A stretch of DNA of 64,000 bases from Candidatus Nomurabacteria bacterium (lineage in GTDB: Bacteria; Patescibacteriota; Minisyncoccia; Phycocordibacterales; UBA9973): contig CP064973.1 of NCBI GenBank assembly GCA_016699365.1, forward strand, positions 237,684-301,683, given 5' to 3'. Shown here in pieces: positions 37,094 through 45,753 of the stretch (positions are counted from its first letter, which is position 1; each line of letters starts with the position of its first letter). Below the pieces are notes generated by a model, which searched no databases, had not been told where the DNA came from, and saw only the letters and a program-made list of their open reading frames with translations. The translations under genes and the position numbers were made by a program.

Positions 37094-37546
37094 ATGAGAA
37101 GAAATTTTTTCATTTTCACACTGCCTTTGTGGCAGACAGCTATTTGCTTAATATTTGTAGCTTTATTTTTTTCACCCATAGAATCAATGCCGATTTTACT
37201 CATATCTTCGGTACTGTGTTCTGTATGGTTTATACACACAAAGCTTTCTCTCTATAAAAAAGAAACAGAGGCGAAGTCTGTGTCGACTAAAAATGACTAC
37301 AAAAGGTTGGCTTTTTTGACAACAAGCTCGTTTTTTCTTTGGCTTGTTGTATTAAACTCTGTGGGTTTTTTGGTTAACAAAATCAATCCGCAGGCACAAA
37401 ACATTACTCTATTCGCAGAAGATGCAAATATGAGTTTGGTTTTGTCGTTCCTGATATTCCCGCTTATTTTTATAAGTACATCTATGATGCTAGTTTATTT
37501 ACATTTAAAAAAACCAGCACAAAAGTTGGAAACAATAAAATCTTGA
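37094..37546 (+). CDS. hypothetical membrane protein
   Basis: 150 aa, 4 predicted TM segments. Confidence 0.35.
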   Translation: MRRNFFIFTLPLWQTAICLIFVALFFSPIESMPILLISSVLCSVWFIHTKLSLYKKETEAKSVSTKNDYKRLAFLTTSSFFLWLVVLNSVGFLVNKINPQAQNITLFAEDANMSLVLSFLIFPLIFISTSMMLVYLHLKKPAQKLETIKS

Positions 37547-37624
37547 ACAAAGACCCGATAACGGGTCTTTTCTTTTTATAAAATTAGTTGATACACTACA
37601 GTTAGAACTTTTAAAACTACATAT

Positions 37625-38524
37625 ATGAAAAAAATTATTTTTTGTGTAATGTGTGTAGTTTTATTACTACCACTTTATGCGCAAGACTTTGTAATTCACG
37701 ATGAACTTAGTCGTTTCAACAAAGATGCCGTTCCTCGTGAAAAAACTATTGGAATCATAAATCATGACACCCAAGGAGATTGGCCCGGAACAAGAACTTG
37801 GGTTCAATGTCCAAACTATGGCCCACCGCTTACAAATTACTTAATCAACCGTGCGGGTAGGATTGAGTTGATATGTGATGATTGGCGAGAAGCTGATCAT
37901 GCAGGAGATTCTTATTATGCGGGTGATACTGGTGTATCCAGATTTTTTATAGGAATTGAATATGTTGGTTTCTACAATCTAGAACTTACTCCCATCCAAG
38001 CTGCTGCAGGTAAATGGCTCAACGATTCCCTTAAAAGAAAGTATCCAGATATTATTGATGAGCGTATACTCCCACATACTTTTGTAGCCTGTTGGTATCC
38101 AAATGACCCAAAGAATCCTCATCCTGGATTTTATACTCGAGGCAGAAAAAGTGACGGGATTCGTTTCGTGGAGCCCTATTGGATGGACAAACTTGGCCTC
38201 AAAGCAAAACCACTTTATGATATTGACCAGGTTATGAGTGATAGTGTATATGCAAGCGATGCATTTAATAGGAAATGCTACGGTAGGACATTTTCTAAGT
38301 CAGATCTACTTGCAATACGTAAGTCATTAATTCCAGATAGAGACACTGCTTTGGCTCTTGCTTCTATTGAAGTACTTCCAATTGAATGCATACCAGTAAA
38401 TGAGTATTTAGGATATATTGTTTTACCAAATAATATCAAAAGTATTTATTACGAACATCAATTCCTTTATCCATCTGGAGATGCGGTCTTGTCTAGAAAT
38501 AAATTTTTTAAAAAAAGATCTTAA
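37625..38524 (+). CDS. secreted N-acetylmuramoyl-L-alanine amidase (Amidase_2/PGRP-like)
   Basis: Signal peptide ending LYAQ; IGIINHDTQG...NYLINRAGRIEL...HAG...IGIEYVG resembles amidase_2 zinc-site motifs. Confidence 0.45.
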   Translation: MKKIIFCVMCVVLLLPLYAQDFVIHDELSRFNKDAVPREKTIGIINHDTQGDWPGTRTWVQCPNYGPPLTNYLINRAGRIELICDDWREADHAGDSYYAGDTGVSRFFIGIEYVGFYNLELTPIQAAAGKWLNDSLKRKYPDIIDERILPHTFVACWYPNDPKNPHPGFYTRGRKSDGIRFVEPYWMDKLGLKAKPLYDIDQVMSDSVYASDAFNRKCYGRTFSKSDLLAIRKSLIPDRDTALALASIEVLPIECIPVNEYLGYIVLPNNIKSIYYEHQFLYPSGDAVLSRNKFFKKRS

Positions 38525-38689
38525 CCCGACTCATATGAGTCGGGTTTCCTTTATTTTACAGGCTTTTTAAGACTTTTGTCACAAAATAACACTTGATTCG
38601 TCATATATGCCAGATGGGTTACGAATATATGCTTTACCTATCTCACCAAAATTAAATCTTTTTTCTAACTTTAAACCAAAATTAAATTA

Positions 38690-38853
38690 TGAAAATTATT
38701 GCAGCACTTAGCATTGCAGTATCTGGATTCGTTATTGCAGCAAAAACAGGAGAATACCTTTTTGCAGTAGGGTCTATATTGGTAGTACTTGTTCTCGGCT
38801 TCCATGAAGCTTGGGAAAAAACTTCACCAAAGAGCGACAATAAATACGCTTAA
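38690..38853 (+). CDS. small (54 aa) hypothetical membrane protein
   Basis: ATG-to-TAA ORF (MKIIAALSIAVSGFVIAAKTGEYLFAVGSILVVLVLGF...). Below the ORF-track cutoff. Confidence 0.25.
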
Positions 38854-38935
38854 ATCTACAAACCTCGATCATATGGTCGAGGTTTTTCTTTGATAGATTT
38901 TATTTTGTGAGATAATTTTAAAAAAGCTATTTGAA

Positions 38936-40186
38936 ATGAAAAAAATACTTATATTTTTATTTTTTATATTTCCTAAATTTATTTTTGCACAGAACTTTGT
39001 TCCTGTATGGGAAGACACCTATCTTCCAGATCAGGAAGCTGGTTGTTATGTTTCATCTTTGGATTTACAAAATGAAACGATTTTTATCGGACGGTACTGT
39101 GGGGCAGAAGACGAGATTGTTTTTGGAGATATTTCCTCAGAAGAGTGGATGGAATGTGATATTCCCGACTCCCTCGGAGAGATTTCTTCTGGTGGTGTAA
39201 TAGAGGGTGTGTTCTACGTTTATACAGAATCAAACTGGATACTGTCAGTAGATCAGTTGTGTGAAACGGAGGTGGTCGCCAAGAGTGATGGCTGGGCCAA
39301 AATATTTTCCGAGGACGACACCCTTTATGTCTTCGGCTCTAGTGTCTATATAGACGATACCTTGTCCCCTCCTTTTGTTCACTCTTTTGTTCCTGCGACG
39401 AACACTTGGGAGTCATTCCCAAATCCAGAATCTGAATCTGTGATCGGTCTGACAATTTTTCAAAACAAAATGTTTTGCGTTGGACTAGATGATGGGATTC
39501 AAAAGATTTTCCAACTAGACGATTCTCTTTGGAATGTCGTTTATGTTTTTCCAGAAGATGAGCATTTCGTTTCTTGGGAACCTGTCGAAGATAGGATTTA
39601 TGTTTCCTCGACTAACTTCGCTCCCCCACTTGAGTACGGAATATTTTCTGAATTCAAGGACGGAGATATGGACTCGTTGTTTTCAAGTGATGGAAATATT
39701 CTCGACATTTCTGCGAGCGACTGCTTTGTAACTGTTGTTGGTAATTTTACAAATTTTGGAAATTGCGATGCAGAGAACCTGGCGATGTTTGATCGATCTA
39801 CAAAAGAGATTGTTCAGACTGACCGCGGACTTGATGGAAATGGATATGCCGTAGTTGAAAGCGACGAACTATTTTATGCAGGCGGTGCGTTCACCTATGG
39901 AGCAGATATTTATTCACCCGGAATAATATCTCTTCCCTCTTGTTATGAAGTTGGTATCGAAGATATTTCAGAAAACGAGATAAAGATTTTTCCAAACCCA
40001 GCAACAGATTTCCTTTCAATAGAAAACGGTGTTGGAAAAGTTGTTAGAGTATTTTCTTTATCAGAGGAAATATATTTGATGGCAAATGAAATTGAAAATA
40101 GAAAAGTTTTCGATGTTGTGAATCTTTCATCCGGAACTTACTATGTTTTGATTGAAGGAAAAGTTTTTTCTTTTATAAAAATATAA
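38936..40186 (+). CDS. secreted protein with T9SS-type (Por) C-terminal sorting domain
   Basis: Signal peptide ...FIFAQ. C-terminal roughly 75 aa IKIFPNPATDFLSIENG...LSSGTYYVLIEGKVFSFIKI matches the Por_Secre_tail pattern (PNPa.d.l.i ... GvY.v). Confidence 0.55.
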   Translation: MKKILIFLFFIFPKFIFAQNFVPVWEDTYLPDQEAGCYVSSLDLQNETIFIGRYCGAEDEIVFGDISSEEWMECDIPDSLGEISSGGVIEGVFYVYTESNWILSVDQLCETEVVAKSDGWAKIFSEDDTLYVFGSSVYIDDTLSPPFVHSFVPATNTWESFPNPESESVIGLTIFQNKMFCVGLDDGIQKIFQLDDSLWNVVYVFPEDEHFVSWEPVEDRIYVSSTNFAPPLEYGIFSEFKDGDMDSLFSSDGNILDISASDCFVTVVGNFTNFGNCDAENLAMFDRSTKEIVQTDRGLDGNGYAVVESDELFYAGGAFTYGADIYSPGIISLPSCYEVGIEDISENEIKIFPNPATDFLSIENGVGKVVRVFSLSEEIYLMANEIENRKVFDVVNLSSGTYYVLIEGKVFSFIKI

Positions 40187-40202
40187 AAGTTCTACCCACT
40201 CA

Positions 40203-40229
40203 AAAGCGCCCCACCGGAGCGCTTTTTTT
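40203..40229 (+). terminator. intrinsic terminator hairpin (aagcgc-cccaccgga-gcgctt + T-run), shared by convergent genes
   Basis: Inverted repeat followed by TTTTTTT; overlaps the cca stop. Confidence 0.5.
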
Positions 40230-41712
40230 ACTTTTTTACATTATGTTTTTTGTGTATTTCCCCAAGCTCCTTTTCTTCTGCCTCATCTTTTGTTTGTTTT
40301 GCTTTCTCTCCGAGTTTTTTCAATTCTTCATCTGACAACTCGTTTAGCTCCCCTACTCTCTTGTCCAAGTATTCACGTGTATTTTTTTCTGGTTCATCGA
40401 GCACTTCTTCGAGAAGTGAATTTAGAATCCAACCCATGCGAGGTCCTGCTTTTACACCAAGTTCTTTCATTAGAATATTTCCATCCACTACAAGTTGCGA
40501 TACAGATATCGGATCACGAAGTACTTGCTCGATCATCGCATGATATTTACGCAATCGATAAGGAGCCTCAACTTTTGCCATACCAACACGATCGCACTCG
40601 CGCACATTCATAAGAGTCCAGATATTTTCTACACCTACATTGCGCACAACTCTTCGTACAGCAGAAAGTGTAATCTGTTCTGTGTCAGAGAAGAACATGT
40701 GATATCGCACAAGACTCGTTACAAGCTCGATTGTATCTTTCGGAAACCTCATCCGCTCCATTATCACGCGTGCCATACGAGCACCGACGACTTCGTGTCC
40801 ATAGAAGGTATAAGCTTTCTTGATCCCCTTTCTTCGAGTCTTTGGCTTTCCGATATCGTGAAAGAGCGCAGAGAGTCTGATCTCAAGTGGCCATCCTTTG
40901 TCAGCTGAATGCTGGAGAGCCTGTAGTAAGTGTTCGTATACGTCGAACTTGTGTGCACCTCCTTGCTCACAACCAATCCCCTGTTCAATTTCTGGAATTA
41001 TATATTTGAGCATGCCAGTTTTTTGAAGCATTGCTATTCCAACAATTGGTTCTGGTGACATGATTATTTTTATAAATTCATCACGGGTTCTTTCTGCAGA
41101 TATTTCTGAAATACTTTGGGCAGTTTCAACAATGGCTTGTAACGTATCGCTTTCGATCGCAAATCCAAGTTCACAAGAAAAACGAATTGCTCTAATCATG
41201 CGTAGAGCGTCCTCAGAGAACCTGTCTGAAGAATTACCAACGGTGCGTATAGTTTTGACCTTTATGTCCTTTATACCCTCAAAAAGGTCAATTAATTGGC
41301 TTTTAGATGGGTTGTAGGCCAGTGCGTTGACCGTGAAATCCCTTCTGGATAGGTCGTCGTTTATATTTTTGCTAAAGGACACAGTATCTGGATGTCTTTT
41401 GTCTGAATACTTACCTTCAGTGCGGTATGGTGTTATTTCAATTTGCTTAAGTGTCTTATCTTCTGTATTTTCTAGAATAATCGCAACAGTACCGAAATTA
41501 TTTTCGTATACAGTTTTTTCATATAAAGGAATTATTTCTTCGGGTACTGCATTTGTGGTTATGTCCCAATCTTTTGGTTTACGATTTAACAATAGATCAC
41601 GTACACACCCACCAACAAGAAAAGCCTCAAAACCTGCTTTTTCTAAGGTATTCATTACTTCCAAAATTTCGCTTGGAATACTTTCATTTTTTATTGTCTT
41701 TTCAGGGCTCAT
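40228..41712 (-). CDS. cca: CCA-adding tRNA nucleotidyltransferase with C-terminal HD domain
   Basis: 494 aa; GGCVRDLLL and RRDFTVNAL PolB-type NT motifs; HD motif ALFHDIGK. Confidence 0.8.
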   Translation of the reverse strand: MSPEKTIKNESIPSEILEVMNTLEKAGFEAFLVGGCVRDLLLNRKPKDWDITTNAVPEEIIPLYEKTVYENNFGTVAIILENTEDKTLKQIEITPYRTEGKYSDKRHPDTVSFSKNINDDLSRRDFTVNALAYNPSKSQLIDLFEGIKDIKVKTIRTVGNSSDRFSEDALRMIRAIRFSCELGFAIESDTLQAIVETAQSISEISAERTRDEFIKIIMSPEPIVGIAMLQKTGMLKYIIPEIEQGIGCEQGGAHKFDVYEHLLQALQHSADKGWPLEIRLSALFHDIGKPKTRRKGIKKAYTFYGHEVVGARMARVIMERMRFPKDTIELVTSLVRYHMFFSDTEQITLSAVRRVVRNVGVENIWTLMNVRECDRVGMAKVEAPYRLRKYHAMIEQVLRDPISVSQLVVDGNILMKELGVKAGPRMGWILNSLLEEVLDEPEKNTREYLDKRVGELNELSDEELKKLGEKAKQTKDEAEEKELGEIHKKHNVKK

Positions 41713-41761
41713 TTGAGCTTTTTAGTTAGTAAACATAAGTTTATTAACCTATTGTATTTTG

Positions 41762-41832
41762 TGCGGGATAGGAGAATCGAACTCCTGTCTCATCCTTGGC
41801 AAGGACGTGTTCTACCACTAAACCAATCCCGC
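41762..41832 (-). tRNA. tRNA-Gly (anticodon GCC)
   Basis: Hand-folded: acceptor GCGGGAT/ATCCCGC; anticodon arm CGTCC-TTGCCAA-GGATG; T-arm AGGAG TTCGATT CTCCT. Confidence 0.75.
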
Positions 41833-41913
41833 AGCGGTTATTGATATAAAAGAGATTATAACAGCAAAAGCTTATTTTGCAATTTGTTATATAAAGCTTA
41901 TACTGACCTTACT

Positions 41914-41985
41914 GCACCCATAGTGAAATGGATATCATACCGGTCTTCGGAACCGTTGTTGGGGGTTCGAATCCCTCTGGGTGCA
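41914..41985 (+). tRNA. tRNA-Arg (anticodon UCG)
   Basis: Hand-folded: acceptor GCACCCA/TGGGTGC; D-arm GTGA..TCAT (with G.U); anticodon loop CTTCGGA; T-arm GGGGG TTCGAAT CCCTC. One C.T mismatch in the anticodon stem. Confidence 0.55.
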
Positions 41986-42187
41986 CATGCGAGGAGGACT
42001 ATTGTCCGACGATTCATGTACAAGGCGCAGAGATACTTCAAGTAGCAACTTGAAGTATCGAGCCAGGGGCGCGAAATTTTCTGCGCGACGGCGAAGAAAA
42101 TATTTGTGACCACTAATGACCAAATAGAAACCAATGTCCTTTACACCCTGTCTTTTACACACAAAAAACCCTTATTTTTCAACAAAA

Positions 42188-42196
42188 TGTGGATAA
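42188..42196 (+). promoter_or_regulatory. perfect DnaA-box 9-mer TGTGGATAA
   Basis: Exact match to the reverse complement of the consensus TTATCCACA, about 130 bp upstream of the iteron-like array. Confidence 0.35.
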
Positions 42197-42321
42197 GTGT
42201 GTGTACATAGTTCATAAAGGACAGGTTGTTGGTATAAAGGAAATGGGCGTATATCGCTATTTTAGCTTAATTTATAAGGGTTTTTATCTAGATTGACTGC
42301 AATAATGCTTTTTTGTGTCTT

Positions 42322-42606
42322 ATAAACAGCCTATATGTTTCACGTGAAACATATAGGCTGTTTATATATTAAATTAACCTTTTTTGTTACACATGAAACA
42401 AGAAATATCATCCTTTTGTATGTAAGCACACCAATTTGTGTTTTATTTTTCCAATTGCACATAATTTGGTTTCATGTGTAACAACGAAATTTATAAATAG
42501 CTAATCTTGTTTTTGTTTCATGTGCAACGTTTATATGTAGGTGTATTTACATACTTTTGTTTTTATAATCTCTGTGTAACAATAAAAATACTGTTACACA
42601 TGAAAC
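42322..42606. promoter_or_regulatory. iteron-like array: 5 copies of a 14-bp semi-palindromic motif GTT(T/A)CAC(G/A)TG(A/T)AAC, including a perfect 44-bp palindrome
   Basis: Copies at 42336-42352 (the centre of palindrome 42322-42365 ataaacagcctatatgtttcacgtgaaacatataggctgtttat), 42386-42400, 42468-42483 (reverse), 42515-42528 (reverse) and 42591-42606, the last abutting the yraN ATG. Confidence 0.45.
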
Positions 42607-42981
42607 ATGCCTAAAGTATTTACTTCAAAATCTCAAAAGAAAGGTGAATTGGGAGAGGATTTGGCCTGTAGGTTTCTCATGAAACATGGTTATTATATTG
42701 TGGAGCGTAATTACACACGAAGACTTGGTGAAATAGACATAATAGCCGAAAAATACGGCGTGATTCACTTTATAGAGGTTAAATCAGTCTCTTTTTATGC
42801 AACCATTAGGCCTGAAGAAAATATGCATCCAATGAAATTAAAGAAAATATATAGGACAATAGAGGTTTATATCCAAGAGAGGGGTATAAAGGACAAAGAC
42901 TGGCAACTCGATCTAGTGTGTGTCCTTTTGGATGAAGTGGGGAAGAGGGCTAAATTTAGAGTTATTGAAAATATTGTTTAA
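42607..42981 (+). CDS. yraN: YraN-family (UPF0102) predicted endonuclease
   Basis: 124 aa; KGELGEDLACRFLMKHGYYIVERNYTRRLGEIDIIAEK...IHFIEVKS matches the YraN signature. Confidence 0.7.
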   Translation: MPKVFTSKSQKKGELGEDLACRFLMKHGYYIVERNYTRRLGEIDIIAEKYGVIHFIEVKSVSFYATIRPEENMHPMKLKKIYRTIEVYIQERGIKDKDWQLDLVCVLLDEVGKRAKFRVIENIV

Positions 42982-43110
42982 TTTAAAAATAGAAAATTAT
43001 TTTTATAAAACTCCACGCAATTTAAGTGTTGTCAAAAAAAATAAAAGGTGTAATATTTACTTTGTTCTTTAAACCAATTTAATAACACACAAAAAAACAG
43101 CGATCTGATT

Positions 43111-43518
43111 ATGAGTAAAACCTCAGCCCACTTCTTGGAAATGGAAAAATTTCTAAGATCGAAAATCATCCAAATGAAAAAAATGGGTGATGAACAAAAA
43201 GACAAAGAATTCAAGGCCCTAGCTATGGGAATTGAAGAAGCTGTTGAAGGTCCAAATATGCGGAACTTCAGTCACAGCTTTCATTTCTCAAAAGCGGTAA
43301 ATGCGGTAATCCATCGCAAGGATTTGAATCCACTTTCTCTCGAAGCGACTAAAATTCGTACCGAGGTAAACCTAAAATACAAGCCCGATAGCCTTTCTCC
43401 TACAGAGAAAATTGCGATTGAACTTGTATTGGCTCTGTTAACTTTTTACATACTCGGTAAATACACTGAGTGGGTTGAAAGATTGTTTGAGCGTGCGAAT
43501 GAAGAGGCATTTGCCTAA
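43111..43518 (+). CDS. hypothetical protein
   Basis: 135 aa ORF with an upstream TTGTCA-17-TAATAT promoter-like element. Confidence 0.35.
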   Translation: MSKTSAHFLEMEKFLRSKIIQMKKMGDEQKDKEFKALAMGIEEAVEGPNMRNFSHSFHFSKAVNAVIHRKDLNPLSLEATKIRTEVNLKYKPDSLSPTEKIAIELVLALLTFYILGKYTEWVERLFERANEEAFA

Positions 43519-43637
43519 AATTTTAAACCCTGGGTTACCGGGGTTTTATTTTTGCAAAAAAATGATTTTGGTGTTAATATCGCATAGTATTTAAGTGCTG
43601 TAGAAAAGCGGGCTTGTCCGCTACAGCTTTAACAGAA

Positions 43638-43708
43638 GCGGGATTAGTTAAATGGTATAACTTCAGTTTTCCAAACTGAAATCAAGGGTTCGATTCCCTT
43701 ATCCCGCA
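43638..43708 (+). tRNA. tRNA-Gly (anticodon UCC)
   Basis: Hand-folded: acceptor GCGGGAT/ATCCCGC; D-arm GTTA..TAAC; anticodon arm TCAGT-TTTCCAA-ACTGA; T-arm AAGGG TTCGATT CCCTT. Confidence 0.8.
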
Positions 43709-43763
43709 CATAAAACACACGGCTCGGACGCGAAAGCGTTCGGGTCTTTGTGTTTTACTGCGG

Positions 43764-43881
43764 TAAGGGAATCGAAAGACGGAGACGGTATACAAGACGA
43801 GCGAAGCGAGTGCTTGTCGCCGAGTCGGGGTCGCAGAATTTTTTGTAATAAAATATCTGTGACCGATTCCCTTATCCAATA
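43764..43881 (+). repeat. tRNA-Gly(UCC) 3'-end-derived repeats: inverted copy (43766-43777) and exact 14-nt direct copy CGATTCCCTTATCC (43868-43881)
   Basis: The 14-mer is identical to 43691-43704 of the tRNA. The inverted copy gtaagggaatcg can pair with it. Between them lie GC-rich hairpins (for example acgcgaaagcgt). Confidence 0.5.
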
Positions 43882-43938
43882 CAAACAAACTTGAAAATTA
43901 AGGATATCTCGGCTATACTGAGCGCTCAGGCAAAACAT

Positions 43939-44009
43939 CGGGGTGTAGTATATCGGTAGTATACTTGTTTTGGGAACAAGAGGGCCGGGTTCGATTCCCG
44001 GCACCCCGA
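43939..44009 (+). tRNA. tRNA-Pro (anticodon UGG)
   Basis: Hand-folded: acceptor CGGGGTG/CACCCCG; anticodon arm CTTGT-TTTGGGA-ACAAG; T-arm CCGGG TTCGATT CCCGG. Confidence 0.8.
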
Positions 44010-44101
44010 CAAAGAATAAAAACGGCGTAATGCCGTTTTTATTCTTTGTTATCAAACAAATAGACTGTAACAGAATAATTATTTAGGTATATAATCTAGA
44101 T

Positions 44102-44386
44102 ATGGAAAATATGAATCCACCAGAGGGTGAAAAAGGGAGAGAAAGATTTGTTATTGGTAGTATTAGAAAGTCTCCAATAGAAGAACAAAATAAAATACTC
44201 GATGATATAAAAAAAAGAATCGAGAAAAGCAAAGAAGATAAAACAAAGAAAAAAGAAGGAGGACAAAATGATCCAGAAGGCTCACCAGATGAAGATGAAC
44301 AAAAAATTATTCCCGGAGAACAAAACAAAGAGCCATATTCAAATCCACCAGATAATCCAAATGAAAAAATAGAAAAAGAACCTTAA
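44102..44386 (+). CDS. small acidic/lysine-rich low-complexity protein
   Basis: 94 aa; shares its first codons and the 9 nt upstream (TCTAGATATGGAAAATAT) with the ORF at 45496. Confidence 0.3.
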   Translation: MENMNPPEGEKGRERFVIGSIRKSPIEEQNKILDDIKKRIEKSKEDKTKKKEGGQNDPEGSPDEDEQKIIPGEQNKEPYSNPPDNPNEKIEKEP

Positions 44387-44453
44387 GAAGGTTCTTTTTC
44401 TATTGCTTGCAATTTACTTTAGATAAGAGTAAAAATAACCAAACACTTGTTCA

Positions 44454-45440
44454 ATGAGAGTTAAAAATTTTTGGGATTATAAATCTTATTTTTCTAGCTT
44501 ACTTTTTTGGAGTACGGTGCGCCGCAATATTTATAGAATATTGTGGCGTGTAATCTTATTTTTCATCCTGTCTTTTTTTGGAGCTTGGATACTAGTTGCC
44601 TTGTATGGTTTTTTATTTGAAAGAGGGGAGTACGATCTTTCCGTTGAAACATTTAGTCTACTTTCTCCAGATGCATCAAATTATACAAGTGGGGACCCTG
44701 AGACAGACATGATTGTAAACTATTATGCAGGTAAACAAGATATAAGCAGAGAGTGGAAGATCATGCAATTCTATCAAGACACTTTATTTAGACTTGAATT
44801 GTCTATCTACGGAACAGGAAAGGTAAGAGATAGTATCAAAAATGTAATAAAAAAAATCGAGTCTATGTCGTACGAGGAATTTGATATTGATTTGATAAAG
44901 AGAGGTATTGATATAGAAGAAAGATTTCATTTTGCGCCTGATAGCCTAAACAGTACGGCAACATATCAAACAATATGGAAAATATATTTATCGCTTGGTG
45001 CGCCCAAGTTAAAATATTGTCCGAACTCGAAGTCTTTTCCAATGCAGTACGCAGATGCTTTCTATGACCCAATAAATAATAGAATATTTTTGTCCAAACT
45101 CTTAGAAAGGAATGGAGATTCTTTGAAGGTCAATAGATATTATTGCTATACGTGGAACCCTGACCTTTTCTTGGAGGAGCTTGGGCACGCAAAGCAGTTC
45201 AAAGACAAGCCTGCGAGCTCACTGTCAAAATACTTATCTGGAATGGCAAACTCTAGGTTTGTATCTTTCTGGTCTTTTGTTTCTTTTGAGAAAAACAAAG
45301 ATTGGAGCAGTGCATATAGTTTGGAATATATCAGAAGAGGTTCATTTGAACGAGAAGCTCATTTGGAATTGGGAGGGTTGTATAAACAGATGTTTTATTC
45401 TGTTGTATTTTCTACTCCATATGAAGATATTTTTTATTAG
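44454..45440 (+). CDS. hypothetical membrane-anchored protein
   Basis: 328 aa; N-terminal TM segment; no recognised motif. Confidence 0.4.
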   Translation: MRVKNFWDYKSYFSSLLFWSTVRRNIYRILWRVILFFILSFFGAWILVALYGFLFERGEYDLSVETFSLLSPDASNYTSGDPETDMIVNYYAGKQDISREWKIMQFYQDTLFRLELSIYGTGKVRDSIKNVIKKIESMSYEEFDIDLIKRGIDIEERFHFAPDSLNSTATYQTIWKIYLSLGAPKLKYCPNSKSFPMQYADAFYDPINNRIFLSKLLERNGDSLKVNRYYCYTWNPDLFLEELGHAKQFKDKPASSLSKYLSGMANSRFVSFWSFVSFEKNKDWSSAYSLEYIRRGSFEREAHLELGGLYKQMFYSVVFSTPYEDIFY

Positions 45441-45495
45441 AAAAATCCACCAATTTATTGGTGGATTTTATTTTTGTTTGGAGTATAGTCTAGAT

Positions 45496-45654
45496 ATGGA
45501 AAATATTTTAAATACTGAAAGTCAAAGTTCTCACGAAAGCTCTATTCCAAATACTGCTCCTGACACTAGTGGGCAAAGATATGATGGGGGAGAGCGCGAA
45601 AGTCATCGCGACCATACTCCGTCGAGTGCACCAAGTACTCCAGAACAAAAATAA
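45496..45654 (+). CDS. small (52 aa) Ser/Pro/acidic protein, paralogous start to 44102 gene
   Basis: MENILNTESQSSHESS...; identical 18-nt start region to the 44102 gene. Sits in frame inside the longer ORF 45181-45654, which overlaps the upstream gene. Confidence 0.25.
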   Translation: MENILNTESQSSHESSIPNTAPDTSGQRYDGGERESHRDHTPSSAPSTPEQK

Positions 45655-45666
45655 ATACAAAAGAAA

Positions 45667-45746
45667 AAACCCGGGGATAGGACCGGGTTTTTTCTTATAT
45701 ATACATATACATTTAAATTTTCTAGACCTGCCTGCGCAGGCAGGGA
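45667..45746. terminator. back-to-back terminators: aaaaaacccgg..ccgggtttttt hairpin plus 18-bp GC palindrome cctgcctgcgcaggcagg
   Basis: Inverted repeats with flanking T/A runs, between convergent genes (45496 + and hup -). Confidence 0.5.
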
Positions 45747-45753
45747 AAATCTA

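Noticed and set aside
41898-42162. Two minus-strand ORFs (78 and 75 aa) overlapping tRNA-Arg
   Set aside because: They cover the tRNA gene and the GC-rich hairpins downstream of it, and are artefacts of the tRNA region.
42322-42606. Repeat array considered as a possible CRISPR array
   Set aside because: The repeats are 14-bp semi-palindromes in alternating orientation with irregular spacing of about 30-70 bp, no uniform repeat-spacer periodicity and no cas genes. They are iteron/operator-like rather than CRISPR.
43682-44055. Minus-strand ORFs (68 and 118 aa) spanning tRNA-Gly, the repeat spacer and tRNA-Pro
   Set aside because: They overlap two well-formed tRNA genes on the opposite strand and are spurious.
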